A DNA stretch of 64,000 bases from Flavobacteriales bacterium (GTDB lineage: Bacteria; Bacteroidota; Bacteroidia; Flavobacteriales_F; PHOS-HE28), in contig JASGIM010000003.1 in assembly GCA_047601855.1 (NCBI GenBank), forward strand, positions 725,761 to 789,760. Direction: 5' to 3'. The translations under genes and the position numbers were made by a program. The notes under the pieces were generated by a model, which saw nothing but the letters and a program-made list of their open reading frames with translations, searched no databases and was not told the DNA's origin. Every line of letters starts with the position of its first letter. Position 1 is the stretch's first letter. This document shows, piece by piece, positions 28,182 to 38,526 of the stretch.

Positions 28182-29365
28182 CGCACATAGGCCTGGTTGA
28201 TGCGCTTCAGCAGCGCGGGTCCTTCATAGATGAGCCCGGTGTATACCTGCACGAGATCGGCACCGGCGTCCAGTTTCTCGATCGCCGCTTCGGCGCTGTC
28301 GATGCCACCCACGCCGATGATGACGATGGGCCTGGGCAGGCGTTGGCGCAGGTATCCCACCACTTCGGTGCTTCGCTTACGGACTGGAGCGCCGCTCAGG
28401 CCACCGGCACCGAGGGCATCCACTTCGCGCCTGGGTGTGCGCAATCCTTCACGCGAGATGGTGGTGTTCGTCGCGATCACACCGGCGATGCCGCTCTCCT
28501 TCACCACGGGAACGATGTCGTCCAACTGCTCGTTCGTGAGGTCGGGAGCGATCTTGAGGAGGATGGGCTTGGGGGGATGGTGAATGATGAATGGTGAATG
28601 GGGAATGGCGAATGGTGAATGGTGAACTGCGCCTCCGTTCGCTTGTTCCCCATTCACCATTCGCTTCTCACCATTTACCAGTTCCTCCCCGACCTCCTTC
28701 AGCCTCGACAGGATCGCCACTAACGGCCCCTTCTCCTGCAACGCCCGCAGGCCCGGTGTGTTCGGACTGCTCACGTTCACCACGAAGTAGTCCACCACGG
28801 GATGCAGCGCCGTGAACGCCTTCACGTAATCCTCCACCGCCTGCTCGTTGGGCGTCACCTTGTTCTTGCCGATGTTGCCGCCGACGATGATGCCCGGCTT
28901 GCGCTTCCGCAAGCGTTCCACGGCCGCCGCCACGCCCCCGTTGTTGAAACCCATGCGGTTGATCAGCGCGCGATCGGGCTTCAGGCGGAACAGGCGGGGC
29001 TTTTCATTGCCGGGCTGCGCCACGGGCGTGAGCGTGCCCACCTCCACGAAGCCGAACCCGATGCGCGCCAAGGCCTCCACGTGCTTCGCGTCCTTGTCCA
29101 TCCCGGCCGCCAGGCCCACCGGACCGGGGAAACGCAGGCCCATCACCTCCACCCCCGCGGTCTTCGGGGGACGGCTCCCTCCTGCCAGCACCAGCGCACC
29201 CGGGATGTGCTTCGCCATCTCCAACATGCGGAAGGTGAACGCGTGGGCACGTTCCGGTGGGAACAGGAAGAGCAACGGACGAAGGAGACCATACATCGGG
29301 GCGACGAAGGTAACCAGGGCGAAGAGGCGTTCGGGGCTGCCTTCCAACGCTTGTAGAAACTGCAT
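28157..29365 (-). CDS. pyrD: Dihydroorotate dehydrogenase (quinone), class 2, with an in-frame ~35-aa repeat-derived insertion
   Basis: [18 protein letters not shown]...[13 protein letters not shown]...RMGFNNGG...IGKNK...[11 protein letters not shown]...IAPDLT...IATNTT. The extra segment [35 protein letters not shown] is absent from typical PyrD. Confidence 0.85.
   Translation of the reverse strand: MQFLQALEGSPERLFALVTFVAPMYGLLRPLLFLFPPERAHAFTFRMLEMAKHIPGALVLAGGSRPPKTAGVEVMGLRFPGPVGLAAGMDKDAKHVEALARIGFGFVEVGTLTPVAQPGNEKPRLFRLKPDRALINRMGFNNGGVAAAVERLRKRKPGIIVGGNIGKNKVTPNEQAVEDYVKAFTALHPVVDYFVVNVSSPNTPGLRALQEKGPLVAILSRLKEVGEELVNGEKRMVNGEQANGGAVHHSPFAIPHSPFIIHHPPKPILLKIAPDLTNEQLDDIVPVVKESGIAGVIATNTTISREGLRTPRREVDALGAGGLSGAPVRKRSTEVVGYLRQRLPRPIVIIGVGGIDSAEAAIEKLDAGADLVQVYTGLIYEGPALLKRINQAYVRWKDRKCN
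28565..28675. repeat. Palindromic GAATGGTGAATGG-rich element inside the pyrD coding sequence
   Basis: gaatggtgaatggggaatggcgaatggtgaatggtgaa ... ttccccattcaccattcgcttctcaccatt. The perfect inverted arms gaatggtgaatggggaa / ttccccattcaccattc form a long hairpin. The reading frame is preserved. Confidence 0.65.
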
Positions 29366-29758
29366 GCCGATACCACACGCCCCACCAACGTTGGGTAAAC
29401 CTGGACAAAAGCCCTTAACCAGATCATCAGCTCAGAGCGCATTCTGGTGGAGAACACTACCTGTAGGCTCAAGGCTCCGGATCATGGGTAAGCGTTACCG
29501 CAACCGCTGAAAGCACTTGGGGCTCCTTTATCTCATCGCCGGGATCATCAACTCTCAATAGACCTCCTTTCACTATTCTCCCATAGTGTCCCGATGAGCG
29601 TGTCGAAGTTCAGCAGGTTTACTGGGACACTTGCGCTATGGGCATCTGGAGGGATTACGAAAAAGGCCTAATTATGACAGAGGTCTACTAAAAAGGGGGC
29701 CTAGAAATGAAGAAAGGGACCCTCGCGGATCCCCTTCCTGTTGGCAGTGCTTCCGGGC

Positions 29759-31126
29759 TTACTCCCAGAAGGTCACTTTGAACTCTACGCGGCGGTTCTG
29801 CGCACGGCCCGCGGCGGTGTTATTGTCGGCCACCGGCATGGTCTCGCCATGGCCGAAGCTCTTCAGGTGCTTGGCGGCAACGCCCTTGTTCTCGAGGTAG
29901 GTGCGCACGGCAGCAGCACGGTCCTCGCTCAGCTTCATATTCTTGGCGTCGTCACCCTGGCTGTCGGTGTGGCCGTGGATCTCCAAGTCGTAGCTGGGGT
30001 TCTCCTGCATCACCTTCACCACTTGGTCGAGGATGCCGTAGCTCTCTTTCTTGATCGTGGACTTCCCGGTCTCGAACTTGATGCCGGTGAGCGCACGGGC
30101 GAACAGCTTCTTGGTCTCCTCCTTCACCTCGGGGCAGCCGCGCATGCTGGCCACGCCGGGCACGGTGGGGCACTTGTCCACGTTGTCGGCGATGCCGTCA
30201 CCATCGGTGTCGGGGCAGCCTTGCATGCTGGCGGGACCGGCTTGGTCCGGGCAGGCGTCCAAGGCATCGGTGATACCGTCACCATCGCGGTCGGGGCAGC
30301 CTTGCAGGGCGGCGAGGCCGGCCACTTCGGGGCAGCGGTCGTCCTTATCGGGGATGCCGTCACCGTCCGTATCGGGCTCGGGGTGGATCACCACGCTCAC
30401 GCCATCGATGTAGTAGTAGGCGCGCTGGTTGTCCGCGCCTTGAATCACTTTGGTCTTCTCCATGCCAGCGGCCGGAAAGGCGCCGATCACCATCACTTTT
30501 TCAGTGCCGTCCGCGGTGAAGGTGCCCTTCACTTCGGTCCAGTTCTGCTTGTCGTTCACCACCGTGCTGGTGGATACCTGGGGCTTCTCGGCCAGGAAGT
30601 GGCGGTGCTTGTAAGCCAGCGGGGCGGCGCAGAAATAGGCACCGAGGCCGCTCACGGCGCGGTCGCTGCCGTTGGCCAGTTTCACGCGGTAGAGCACATC
30701 GTACTGCTGACCGGCGGTGAGCGCGCTGCCCAGGTCGATCTGCATGTACTCGCTGTAGTTCTGGTAGGCCGGCACGAACACGTCCTGCTTGCCGTCCAGG
30801 ATGCGCTTCAGGTTCTTGCGCTGATCGTCCTTGTAGGCTACGAACCCGGCGTAGTGCTCGCCGTCGAAGGCGCTGGTGCCGGTGCCCAGTTCATTATCAG
30901 GAATGCCTACCGTGCTGGCACAGGCATCCTTGGTGAAGACGTCGCAGCTGCCGGCGTTGGCGTTGGACCAACCGGTGGCGCGGTTGAGCTCATCCCAGGT
31001 CTTGATAGGCTTGGAAACCTCTTCAAAACCGGCATTCTTCACCAGGTTGGGACCCGCCGCTTGCTGGGCCATGAGCCCCGCGGACGTGATCGACCCGGCC
31101 AGAAAACAGGCGTATTTGATGTTCAT
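29759..31126 (-). CDS. OmpA-family protein with thrombospondin type-3 (calcium-binding) repeats
   Basis: Signal peptide MNIKYACFLAGSITSAGLMAQ. Repeated DTDGDGIPDKDDRCP / DRDGDGITDALDACP / DTDGDGIADNVDKCP. C-terminal OmpA domain ...IEIHGHTDSQGDDAKNMKLSEDRAAAV...GRAQNRRVEF. Confidence 0.8.
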   Translation of the reverse strand: MNIKYACFLAGSITSAGLMAQQAAGPNLVKNAGFEEVSKPIKTWDELNRATGWSNANAGSCDVFTKDACASTVGIPDNELGTGTSAFDGEHYAGFVAYKDDQRKNLKRILDGKQDVFVPAYQNYSEYMQIDLGSALTAGQQYDVLYRVKLANGSDRAVSGLGAYFCAAPLAYKHRHFLAEKPQVSTSTVVNDKQNWTEVKGTFTADGTEKVMVIGAFPAAGMEKTKVIQGADNQRAYYYIDGVSVVIHPEPDTDGDGIPDKDDRCPEVAGLAALQGCPDRDGDGITDALDACPDQAGPASMQGCPDTDGDGIADNVDKCPTVPGVASMRGCPEVKEETKKLFARALTGIKFETGKSTIKKESYGILDQVVKVMQENPSYDLEIHGHTDSQGDDAKNMKLSEDRAAAVRTYLENKGVAAKHLKSFGHGETMPVADNNTAAGRAQNRRVEFKVTFWE

Positions 31127-31354
31127 GGTTCGGTCAGGTTTGGTTCGTGCTTCGCTTTGGACGGGGGCTATTCCAGGGGTCACAAGAGGGTGGGACCCCA
31201 ATAATGCCATTCCCGGCGGCGAAGGTAATGAGTGTGGCCCACTTGGCCTCTTTCCTTGATCAGGCCTCCTGCGCTTCTTCCAACGCTCCGATGTGGATAC
31301 CGCACGGGAACGATGGTCCTTGCGGCCTTCCGGCGCACCGGAAGCCGCCCGTGG

Positions 31355-32035
31355 TCAGTGTTTCAGCTTATCCGCGAACACCTTGCGGAACTTCTCCACC
31401 TTGGGCCGGATGACCAGCTGGCAGTAGCCCTGCCCGGGATTGTTGGCGTAGTAGTCGCGGTGGTAGTCCTCCGCAGGGTGGAACTTGTCCAGCTTGGTGA
31501 TCTCCGTCACGATCGGCCGGTCGAAGGCGCCGCTCTTGTCCAGTTCGGCCTTGTAGTGCTCCGCCGCGATGCGTTGGGCCTCGCTCGTGTAGAAGATGGC
31601 CGAGCGGTACTGCGTGCCCACGTCGTGGCCCTGCCTGTTCAACGTGGTGGGATCGTGGGTCTGCCAGAACACCTCGAGCAGTTCGGGGAAGCTGATCACG
31701 GACGGGTCGTACACGATGCGCGCCACCTCGGCATGCCCGGTGGTGCCGGTGCACACGGCCTTGTAGTCCGGGTGCTCCAGCGTGCCACCGGTGTAGCCCG
31801 ACATCACGGAAAGCACGCCCTTCAATTCGGTGAACACGGCCTCCACGCACCAGAAGCAGCCGGCGCCGAACACGGCGGTATCCGTGGCGGCGGGCGTGGC
31901 GATCACGATGGGATCGGCGGGATGGGCGGCAGGTGCGGTCATGTGCGCGGATGGATCGGTGCAGGCCGGAAGGCCGGATGCGAGCAACGGCAGCAGGGCC
32001 AAAGTTCGGGAACGGATGGCAGGCAACGGCTTCAT
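31355..32035 (-). CDS. msrA: Peptide-methionine (S)-S-oxide reductase
   Basis: Signal or lipoprotein-like N-terminus, then the MsrA active site GAGCFWCVEAVF. Confidence 0.9.
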   Translation of the reverse strand: MKPLPAIRSRTLALLPLLASGLPACTDPSAHMTAPAAHPADPIVIATPAATDTAVFGAGCFWCVEAVFTELKGVLSVMSGYTGGTLEHPDYKAVCTGTTGHAEVARIVYDPSVISFPELLEVFWQTHDPTTLNRQGHDVGTQYRSAIFYTSEAQRIAAEHYKAELDKSGAFDRPIVTEITKLDKFHPAEDYHRDYYANNPGQGYCQLVIRPKVEKFRKVFADKLKH

Positions 32036-32066
32036 GGAAGGAGTGCGGCAAATGCCGTTCCGCAGA

Positions 32067-33308
32067 TCACCCCTGCCGTCGCGTCAGCTCGCGGGCGATG
32101 CGCTCCACCACGCCGGTCACCAGCGCATTGCCCATGAAGAAGGCGCGCCAGCCGTCCGGCGCACCGGCCGTGTGGCCGTCGGGGAACATGTTCAGCCGCT
32201 CCAGTTCCACGGGCGTAAGCCGCCGGAAACGCCCGGTGGGCGTGCGCACCACGTGCTTGAAGCGCGAAGGCGAAGGGCCGCCCTCCCCGGTGATGATGGT
32301 GCGCGCCGGCTTGTCCAACGCATCCGGGAACGCCATCGCCCCTTCGGAATAGTGGTAGTTGTGCCGGCCGTTGGCCGCCGTGCGGGCCTCCTTCTTCGCT
32401 CCTTTCAGGTATTGCCAGCGGCGCAGCTGCGCCTTCGGCACGAAGAACGACCGGGGCACTTCCGCCTCGGGTAGCAGGATGTCCCCCAGCACGGTGGCCT
32501 TTCCGGAGAAGCGCGGCGCCACCTTGGCGGTGTAGGCCAGGCCATCGCGCATCACCCCGGCGGAGAGGAACGGCGACACCGTCCCCTTCGCGTTGAACGA
32601 CCGCGACACCTGCGCCAGATCACCAGAGATGGGCACCGCATGCACCGCGGCCTCCTCCTCCACCGGGAACGCGGAAGCGAAGATCCCCGCGCGCATCAAC
32701 CGTTCGGCAGCAGCTTCCAGCGAAAGCGGTGCTCCATCAGCGCGCTCACCGAAGATGAACACGCGCCGCCGGCGCTGGGGCATGCCGTAGTCCGCGGCAT
32801 TGATCACCCGCCACTCCACCGCATAGCCCAGCGCGTTCAGCGAGTTCAGCATCACGGCGAAGTCGCGTCCGCGCTGGCCTGCGGGCGAGCCCAGCAGGCG
32901 GTCCACGTTCTCCAGCAGCAGGTAGCGCGGCTTCCGGGCACGCTGTTCGAGCAGGCGCTGAATCTGCCACCAGAGCACCCCCTTTTTCCCGAGCAGCCCT
33001 TTCGCATTGCGCAGGGTGGAGGCCACGGAATAATCCTGGCAGGGGAAGCCGCCCACCAAGAGGTCATGGTCGGGGATGTCGTTCGCAGCCACCGTGGCGA
33101 TGTCCTGGCACACATGGCCTTCCGCGCCGAAGCGCGCCGCGTAGACGTCGGAAGCGTGCTGCTTCTTCTTCCCCGGCTCCCATTGGTCGCTCCACACCAC
33201 CTGGTAGCCACCGGCACGCTCAAACCCGACGCGGAACCCGCCCACACCGGCAAAAAGCTCGGCCACGCGCAAGGGTGCGGCGGCGGCGGACTTGGCACGT
33301 CGGGGCAT
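32067..33308 (-). CDS. DNA (cytosine-5)-methyltransferase, apparently orphan
   Basis: Motif I ELFAGVGGFRVGF, motif IV GGFPCQDYSVA, motif VI ENV, motif VIII QRRRRVFIFG. No restriction endonuclease ORF adjacent. GC is like the host. Confidence 0.85.
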   Translation of the reverse strand: MPRRAKSAAAAPLRVAELFAGVGGFRVGFERAGGYQVVWSDQWEPGKKKQHASDVYAARFGAEGHVCQDIATVAANDIPDHDLLVGGFPCQDYSVASTLRNAKGLLGKKGVLWWQIQRLLEQRARKPRYLLLENVDRLLGSPAGQRGRDFAVMLNSLNALGYAVEWRVINAADYGMPQRRRRVFIFGERADGAPLSLEAAAERLMRAGIFASAFPVEEEAAVHAVPISGDLAQVSRSFNAKGTVSPFLSAGVMRDGLAYTAKVAPRFSGKATVLGDILLPEAEVPRSFFVPKAQLRRWQYLKGAKKEARTAANGRHNYHYSEGAMAFPDALDKPARTIITGEGGPSPSRFKHVVRTPTGRFRRLTPVELERLNMFPDGHTAGAPDGWRAFFMGNALVTGVVERIARELTRRQG

Positions 33309-33410
33309 CGGCGATGGGACCTCAGGCGAACGAGGTTCGTCCAGAGAAGGCGGGCAAGATAACGGAGCAAGCCGTTGATCCAGGTCCGTTCATGGATGAA
33401 GGGGAAATGA

Positions 33411-33437
33411 AAGGCCCTCCGTGTTCCGGAGGGCCTT
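33411..33437 (-). terminator. Stem-loop 3' of tRNA-Gly (aggccctccg-tgttc-cggagggcct)
   Basis: 10-bp perfect GC-rich inverted repeat immediately downstream of the tRNA on the minus strand. Confidence 0.45.
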
Positions 33438-33440
33438 CGA

Positions 33441-33512
33441 GCGGGAAACGGGACTCGAACCCGCGACCCTCAGCTTGGGAAGCTGATGCTCTACCAACTG
33501 AGCTACTCCCGC
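33441..33512 (-). tRNA. tRNA-Gly (anticodon CCC)
   Basis: The reverse complement GCGGGAGTAGCTCAGTTGGTAGAGCATCAGCTTCCCAAGCTGAGGGTCGCGGGTTCGAGTCCCGTTTCCCGC folds as a canonical cloverleaf. Anticodon loop TTCCCAA. Confidence 0.85.
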
Positions 33513-33631
33513 TTGGTCGGCCGCGAATGTAGTGCTCCGTCCGCTCTCCCGCGCCGCCCGGTGCTTAACCTACTTTTGACGTGCTGTTCAAGTTGTGCTC
33601 ACGAGGTGTTCATCAATTCGCACCCGGATCC

Positions 33632-34330
33632 ATGGATGACAAGATGACGAGTACCCTGACCAAGAAGGTGCTGCTGGTGGACGATGAAGCGGACATCCTC
33701 GAGCTGCTGCGCTACAACCTGGAGCGCGAAGGCTTGAAGGTACTGACCGCCTCGACCGGGCGCGACGCGTTGAAGGTGGCCAAGGCCGAGCGTCCCGACC
33801 TGATCGTGCTGGACATCATGATGCCCGGCATGGACGGCGTGGAGGTATGCACCCAGCTGCGGAGCATGCCCGAGTTCAAGAACACGCTGATCACCTTCCT
33901 CACCGCGCGCAACGAGGATTATTCGCAGATCGCCGGCTACGAGGCCGACGCGGACGACTACATCATCAAGCCGGTGCGGCCGAAGGTGTTCGTCACCAAG
34001 GTGAAGGCCCTGCTGAAGCGCTCGCGCAGCGAGAAGGACGGGGCGAAGACCCTCGAGGCCAATGGCGTGCGCATCGACCTGGAGAAGGTGCTGGTACACA
34101 CAGGAACAGAGGATCTGCAACTGCCGAAGAAGGAGTTCGAACTGCTCGCCTTGCTGATGAGCAAGCCGGGCAAGGTCTTCAAGCGCGAGGAGATCTACGC
34201 GCACATCTGGGGCAACGACCTCTTCGTGGGCGACCGCACGATCGACGTGCATATCCGCAAGCTCCGTGAGAAGATCGGCGAGGATCGCATTGGCACGGTG
34301 AAGGGCATCGGCTACAAGTTCGAGGCCTGA
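33632..34330 (+). CDS. OmpR/PhoB-family two-component response regulator
   Basis: Receiver KKVLLVDDEADILELLRYNLEREG...DLIVLDIMMPGMDG, plus a C-terminal winged-helix domain (...LPKKEFELLALLMSKPGKVFKREEIYAHIWG...TIDVHIRKLREKI...GIGYKF). Confidence 0.9.
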   Translation: MDDKMTSTLTKKVLLVDDEADILELLRYNLEREGLKVLTASTGRDALKVAKAERPDLIVLDIMMPGMDGVEVCTQLRSMPEFKNTLITFLTARNEDYSQIAGYEADADDYIIKPVRPKVFVTKVKALLKRSRSEKDGAKTLEANGVRIDLEKVLVHTGTEDLQLPKKEFELLALLMSKPGKVFKREEIYAHIWGNDLFVGDRTIDVHIRKLREKIGEDRIGTVKGIGYKFEA

Positions 34331-34378
34331 TCGCGATCACGTCGGAGCGACTTCTATATTTGCGGCCCTTCAGCCTTC

Positions 34379-34455
<77 letters not shown>

Positions 34456-34885
34456 GATACAAGCCTCTGTGGCATCGCCACAGGGGCTTTTTCGTTCAGA
34501 CCGCGTCGAGGGCCTCCGAACGACCGTTCCCGCAACAGCTTCCGCCGTTCTCGGATCTTCTTCGAAAGGCAGGCATCCCTCCCCCCTGCCTGCGCGTCTT
34601 CCATTCAACTGCCATGTCACGCTCCTACAAAATAGCCCTGATCCTCAAGAGCCGGAACAGCCTTCCGGTCTATAAGGACCTGGCCCGCTTGAGCGATGGT
34701 GAACTGGACGAGCAGGTGCGCGCCATCGTGCGCCGCATGCGCGTGAACGAAAGCCATGTGATCGCACGCATGGTGCTTCGCCAGCCCACCTTCAGCCTCA
34801 ACTGACGGCGGCCGGGACCACATTGAGGTGTACGCGCTCCGTGCTTTCCCGCACGGACCTATATTCGCGCCGAGAACACAGTCCA

Positions 34886-35017
34886 ATGGCCCATCACGAG
34901 CATAACGAAGAGGGACATTTCCCTGAGGAAGCGGAGCAGAACGAGATCGGTGGACCAGTGCTGCTGGCGCTGTTCTGCCTGACGGCCGTGGTGCTGCTGA
35001 TCTGGGCCGGCTGCTAG
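34886..35017 (+). CDS. Possible small membrane protein (43 aa)
   Basis: MAHHEHNEEGHFPEEAEQNEIGGPVLLALFCLTAVVLLIWAGC is an acidic N-terminus plus one TM helix. Weak support. Confidence 0.2.
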   Translation: MAHHEHNEEGHFPEEAEQNEIGGPVLLALFCLTAVVLLIWAGC

Positions 35018-35033
35018 GCCGCCCTCTTTCCCG

Positions 35034-35417
35034 CTAGCGTTCCAGGTACTCGTCGCGCCGGACGAGCGCGAACCAGTTCTCGCCCAGTTCCAGGTAGCCG
35101 TGCTCGAAGCAGAACACGTACGTGTTCCCGGCCTTCGTGCGGTAGATGTTGGTGTGGTACATGAAGTTGTACCCCCGTTCCAGCAGTTTCTCGCGGTGCA
35201 CCTTGATCTTCCCATCCGGGTTGAGCTCGCTGAGGATGCGCCGGTTGCGCTTCAGCGTGTTCATCACGTTGCGCACGTAGTTGATCGGCGCGCTGTTGCT
35301 GCGGTAATGGTACAGGTTGCGGCAGGCGTCGGAGCAGAACTTCTTGTCCGCACGGCCTTTGAAGGTAGTGCCGCATTCGAGGCACACCTTCTCCACGCTA
35401 TAGGCTTCCACCGGCAT
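35034..35417 (-). CDS. Hypothetical zinc-ribbon protein
   Basis: From MPVEAYSVEKVCLECGTTFKGRADKKFCSDACRNLY (CxxC...CxxC), with a basic C-terminal half. Confidence 0.45.
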   Translation of the reverse strand: MPVEAYSVEKVCLECGTTFKGRADKKFCSDACRNLYHYRSNSAPINYVRNVMNTLKRNRRILSELNPDGKIKVHREKLLERGYNFMYHTNIYRTKAGNTYVFCFEHGYLELGENWFALVRRDEYLER

Positions 35418-35451
35418 CGCTGACCAAGATAGGCGGGATATGGAAAACCGA

Positions 35452-35483
35452 AAGCCCCCGCCCGTATGCACGGAAGGGGGCTT
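35452..35483 (-). terminator. Stem-loop downstream of rpmE (aagccccc ... gggggctt)
   Basis: 8-bp GC-rich inverted repeat followed on the minus strand by tcggttttcc. Confidence 0.4.
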
Positions 35484-35502
35484 CGGAAAGGAATGGACCG
35501 CC

Positions 35503-35757
35503 TTACTTGGTGTGGCGGGCGTAGCGCTTGTTGAACTTGTCCACGCGGCCGGCGGTGTCGATCAGCATCATCTTGCCGGTGTAGAACGGGTGCGAGGTGT
35601 TGCTGATGTCCAGCTTCACCAGCGGATACTCGTTCCCGTCGGACCACTTGATCGTGTCCTTGGTGTTGGCGCAGCTCTTGCCGAGGAACATGTCCTCGTT
35701 GCTCATGTCCTTGAACACCACGATGCGGTAGTTCTCCGGATGGATACCCTTCTTCAT
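35503..35757 (-). CDS. rpmE: 50S ribosomal protein L31
   Basis: [79 protein letters not shown]. Confidence 0.9.
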   Translation of the reverse strand: MKKGIHPENYRIVVFKDMSNEDMFLGKSCANTKDTIKWSDGNEYPLVKLDISNTSHPFYTGKMMLIDTAGRVDKFNKRYARHTK

Positions 35758-35851
35758 GACCTGGCTTGTTCGGGCGGCAAATGTACGCCGATCCATCGAT
35801 CCCACAACCCTTCCGGACAATGATCGGCCGGGAACCGCGTGATACGGGACG

Positions 35852-37384
35852 TTGCGGCCCTGTCCGGTATGCCGCCCATTGCCATCTTTGCCCGCCTTGC
35901 ATCCCCCCCGCTACCTCCTCCTGTCCACCCTTGCAGGCCTGCTGTTCTTCGCCGCCTGCCGGAAGGACGAGCATTTCACCAGCTCCCCATCGGCCCGCCT
36001 GGAGATGTCGCAGGATACGGTGCTGTTCGACACCATCTTCACCACGGTCGGCTCCATCACCAAGCGCTTCACGGTACACAACCGCAACCGCGAGGCCGTG
36101 CGCGTGGACATCGCGCTGGAAGGTGGCGCCCCCTCCCCTTTCCGCATCAATGTGGACGGGGCCTCGGGGCTGCACTTCGAGGGGGTCGAGATCCTCGGCG
36201 GGGACAGCATCTTCATCTTCGTTGAAGCCACGCTGGACCAGAACAACGGCAACAACCCGATGGTGATCGAGGACCACATCCGGTTCAACACCAACGGCAA
36301 CGCGCAAAGCGTGCTGCTGGTGGCCTGGGGGCAGGATGCGCACTTCTTCTACCCGGACCACCCGGCCGGCGGCTTCCCGGCCTACCGCATCATCGCGGGC
36401 GTTGACGACAACGGCAACCCGCTGTGCGAGACCGTGGACTGGACCAACGACAAGCCCTACGTGATCTATGGCTACGCGGTGGTGGACTCCTGCAGCACGC
36501 TGAACATCCATCCCGGCGTGAAGGTGTACTTCCACGGCGGCAGCGGCCTGTGGGTGTACCGGTACGGGCAGATCCACGCGGAAGGCACGCCGGACGCGCG
36601 CATCACCTTCCAAGGCGACCGGCTGGAGCCGCTCTATGCGGACCTGCCCGGCCAGTGGGACCGCATCTGGCTGATGGAGGGCGACAACGACAACACCTTC
36701 AGCTACTGCGACATCAAGAACGCGCTGGTGGGCATCCAGTGCGAAACGGCGCCGTGGCGGCCCACGGAACCGACGAGCAACGCCAGGCTCCGATCGACGA
36801 ACGTGAGCATCCGCAATTCCTCGGTGGCGGGCATCCTGAGCCGCAACTACCGAATCAACGCCACCAACCTGCTGGTGGCCGATGCCGGGCAGTATGCCGT
36901 GGCGCTCACCGGCGGCGGCGAATACCACTTCAACCAGACCACCATCGCCAACTACTGGAACTACAGCGTCCGCCAGCAACCCGCGTTCATCCTCACGAAC
37001 TACGTGACCCTGGCCAACGGCGACGTGCAGGTGCGCGACGTGGCGAACAGCACCTTCACCAACGGGATCATCTATGGGGCCAACGCCAACGAGTTCAAAA
37101 CGGACATCAGCAACCTGGGCACCGGGAGCTTCACGTTCGACCACTGGCTCTTCCGCACGGACCAGGCCACGAGCGACCTTTCCCACTTCCCGGACCAGCC
37201 GAGCATCTACCGCAACCAGTACCCCGGCTTCATCGACCCCAGCGGCGGGGACTTCCACATCGGCAGCGGGGCCTTCGCGCGGAACAAGGGCATCGCCACG
37301 CCGGACCCGAACGCCACGTTCGACCTGGACAATATCCTCCGGGGCGATGGCCAGCCCGACCTGGGTTGTTACGAGGTGCCTTAG
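35852..37384 (+). CDS. Hypothetical lipoprotein (possible beta-helix repeats)
   Basis: 510 aa. Lipobox-like ...[10 protein letters not shown]. Repetitive N/G/T-rich segments. No firm domain call. Confidence 0.5.
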   Translation: MRPCPVCRPLPSLPALHPPRYLLLSTLAGLLFFAACRKDEHFTSSPSARLEMSQDTVLFDTIFTTVGSITKRFTVHNRNREAVRVDIALEGGAPSPFRINVDGASGLHFEGVEILGGDSIFIFVEATLDQNNGNNPMVIEDHIRFNTNGNAQSVLLVAWGQDAHFFYPDHPAGGFPAYRIIAGVDDNGNPLCETVDWTNDKPYVIYGYAVVDSCSTLNIHPGVKVYFHGGSGLWVYRYGQIHAEGTPDARITFQGDRLEPLYADLPGQWDRIWLMEGDNDNTFSYCDIKNALVGIQCETAPWRPTEPTSNARLRSTNVSIRNSSVAGILSRNYRINATNLLVADAGQYAVALTGGGEYHFNQTTIANYWNYSVRQQPAFILTNYVTLANGDVQVRDVANSTFTNGIIYGANANEFKTDISNLGTGSFTFDHWLFRTDQATSDLSHFPDQPSIYRNQYPGFIDPSGGDFHIGSGAFARNKGIATPDPNATFDLDNILRGDGQPDLGCYEVP

Positions 37385-37399
37385 CGCTTGTTCGGGATC

Positions 37400-38488
37400 T
37401 TAGGGCAGCTCCAGCAGGAAGGCCAGCGTATCCACGCCGTCCGCGTATTCCGCAGGCCCCGGGCATTGCGACCGGCCGAACGGAACGTGCCCATGCCCCA
37501 CCACACATTGGATGGCCCCGGCATTCTTGCTGATGGCCTTCTCCGCCTCCGCGCGATCCGCGATCCGCTCGTAGTAGAGCGCCGCCACGGGGCTGGCGAT
37601 GGCCGCATCCTCCTTCAGCAGCAGGAAGCCGTTCTCCACGATGGGCACGCGCTCCATCAGCCAGATGGCCTTGTTGTAGTCGTAGTTGTTCGCGTATTTG
37701 CCGTGGTTGATGATGTCCTTCCACGGAAAGAAGGCGCCGAACAGGCGGTCCAGGTCGAAGTCCTGCGGGATGAACACCTTGCTCACGTTGCGGCAACCGA
37801 GGCCGAAGTAGCGGAAGACATCCTCGCCCAGGGCGGCCAGTTCGGCCTCTGTCTCGGTGCCGTCCAACAGCGCCACGCTGGTGCGGCCCTTGCGCACGAT
37901 GCGCGGCAGGTGGCCGAAATAGTGCTCGAAGTAGCGCGCGGTGTTGTTGCTGCCGGTGGCAATGACCGCGTCCACGCCGCCCAGCTTCCCGGACGTCACC
38001 ACCACGCATGCGGCCAGGTCCGGCGCCAGCAGGTGCAGCAGTTCCACCACCGCGGGAATGAGGCCGGCATCATCCGAACCGGGCTTCACGCGGGCCACGT
38101 GCCCGCTGAGCAGCACGCACAGCAGATCATGGAACCCGACGAGCGGGATGTTGGCCGCCATGATGATGCCCACGGTGCGCGGGGTGCGCGCATCCACCAG
38201 TGCCGGGTACGCGGTGGTCCATTGCGCCAGCGCGAACGGCACCAGCATATCGGCCAGCGCACCCAGGGCATGGCGCACGTTCGCTTCCGTGTACCAGCCG
38301 TTGCGCACGTGCGCGCCGCGGACCACGGCATCGAACGCGTCGTACTCGGCCTGCGTAAGCCCGCACGCGTGGCCCGGCCAGGGCTGTGCCGCTGCTGCCG
38401 CACGGAACACCGGCACAAGCCGTTCGAACGCCTGCCTGCGCTGGAAGAACGGTGGCGGGACAACGGTGGATTGGACGTCGCTTCGCAT
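37400..38488 (-). CDS. Acyl-CoA reductase, LuxC family
   Basis: 362 aa with LuxC-like blocks (...MAANIPLVGFHDLLCVLLSGH..., ...ATGSNNTARYFEHYFG..., ...FGLGCRNVSKVFIP...). Confidence 0.65.
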   Translation of the reverse strand: MRSDVQSTVVPPPFFQRRQAFERLVPVFRAAAAAQPWPGHACGLTQAEYDAFDAVVRGAHVRNGWYTEANVRHALGALADMLVPFALAQWTTAYPALVDARTPRTVGIIMAANIPLVGFHDLLCVLLSGHVARVKPGSDDAGLIPAVVELLHLLAPDLAACVVVTSGKLGGVDAVIATGSNNTARYFEHYFGHLPRIVRKGRTSVALLDGTETEAELAALGEDVFRYFGLGCRNVSKVFIPQDFDLDRLFGAFFPWKDIINHGKYANNYDYNKAIWLMERVPIVENGFLLLKEDAAIASPVAALYYERIADRAEAEKAISKNAGAIQCVVGHGHVPFGRSQCPGPAEYADGVDTLAFLLELP

Positions 38489-38526
38489 GAAGGGCTACTT
38501 TTACGGCGCGAAAGTACCGACCCGAC

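Noticed and set aside
29741-31204. 487-aa plus-strand ORF
   Set aside because: Antisense to the OmpA/TSP3 gene, whose minus-strand translation has canonical TSP3 and OmpA motifs.
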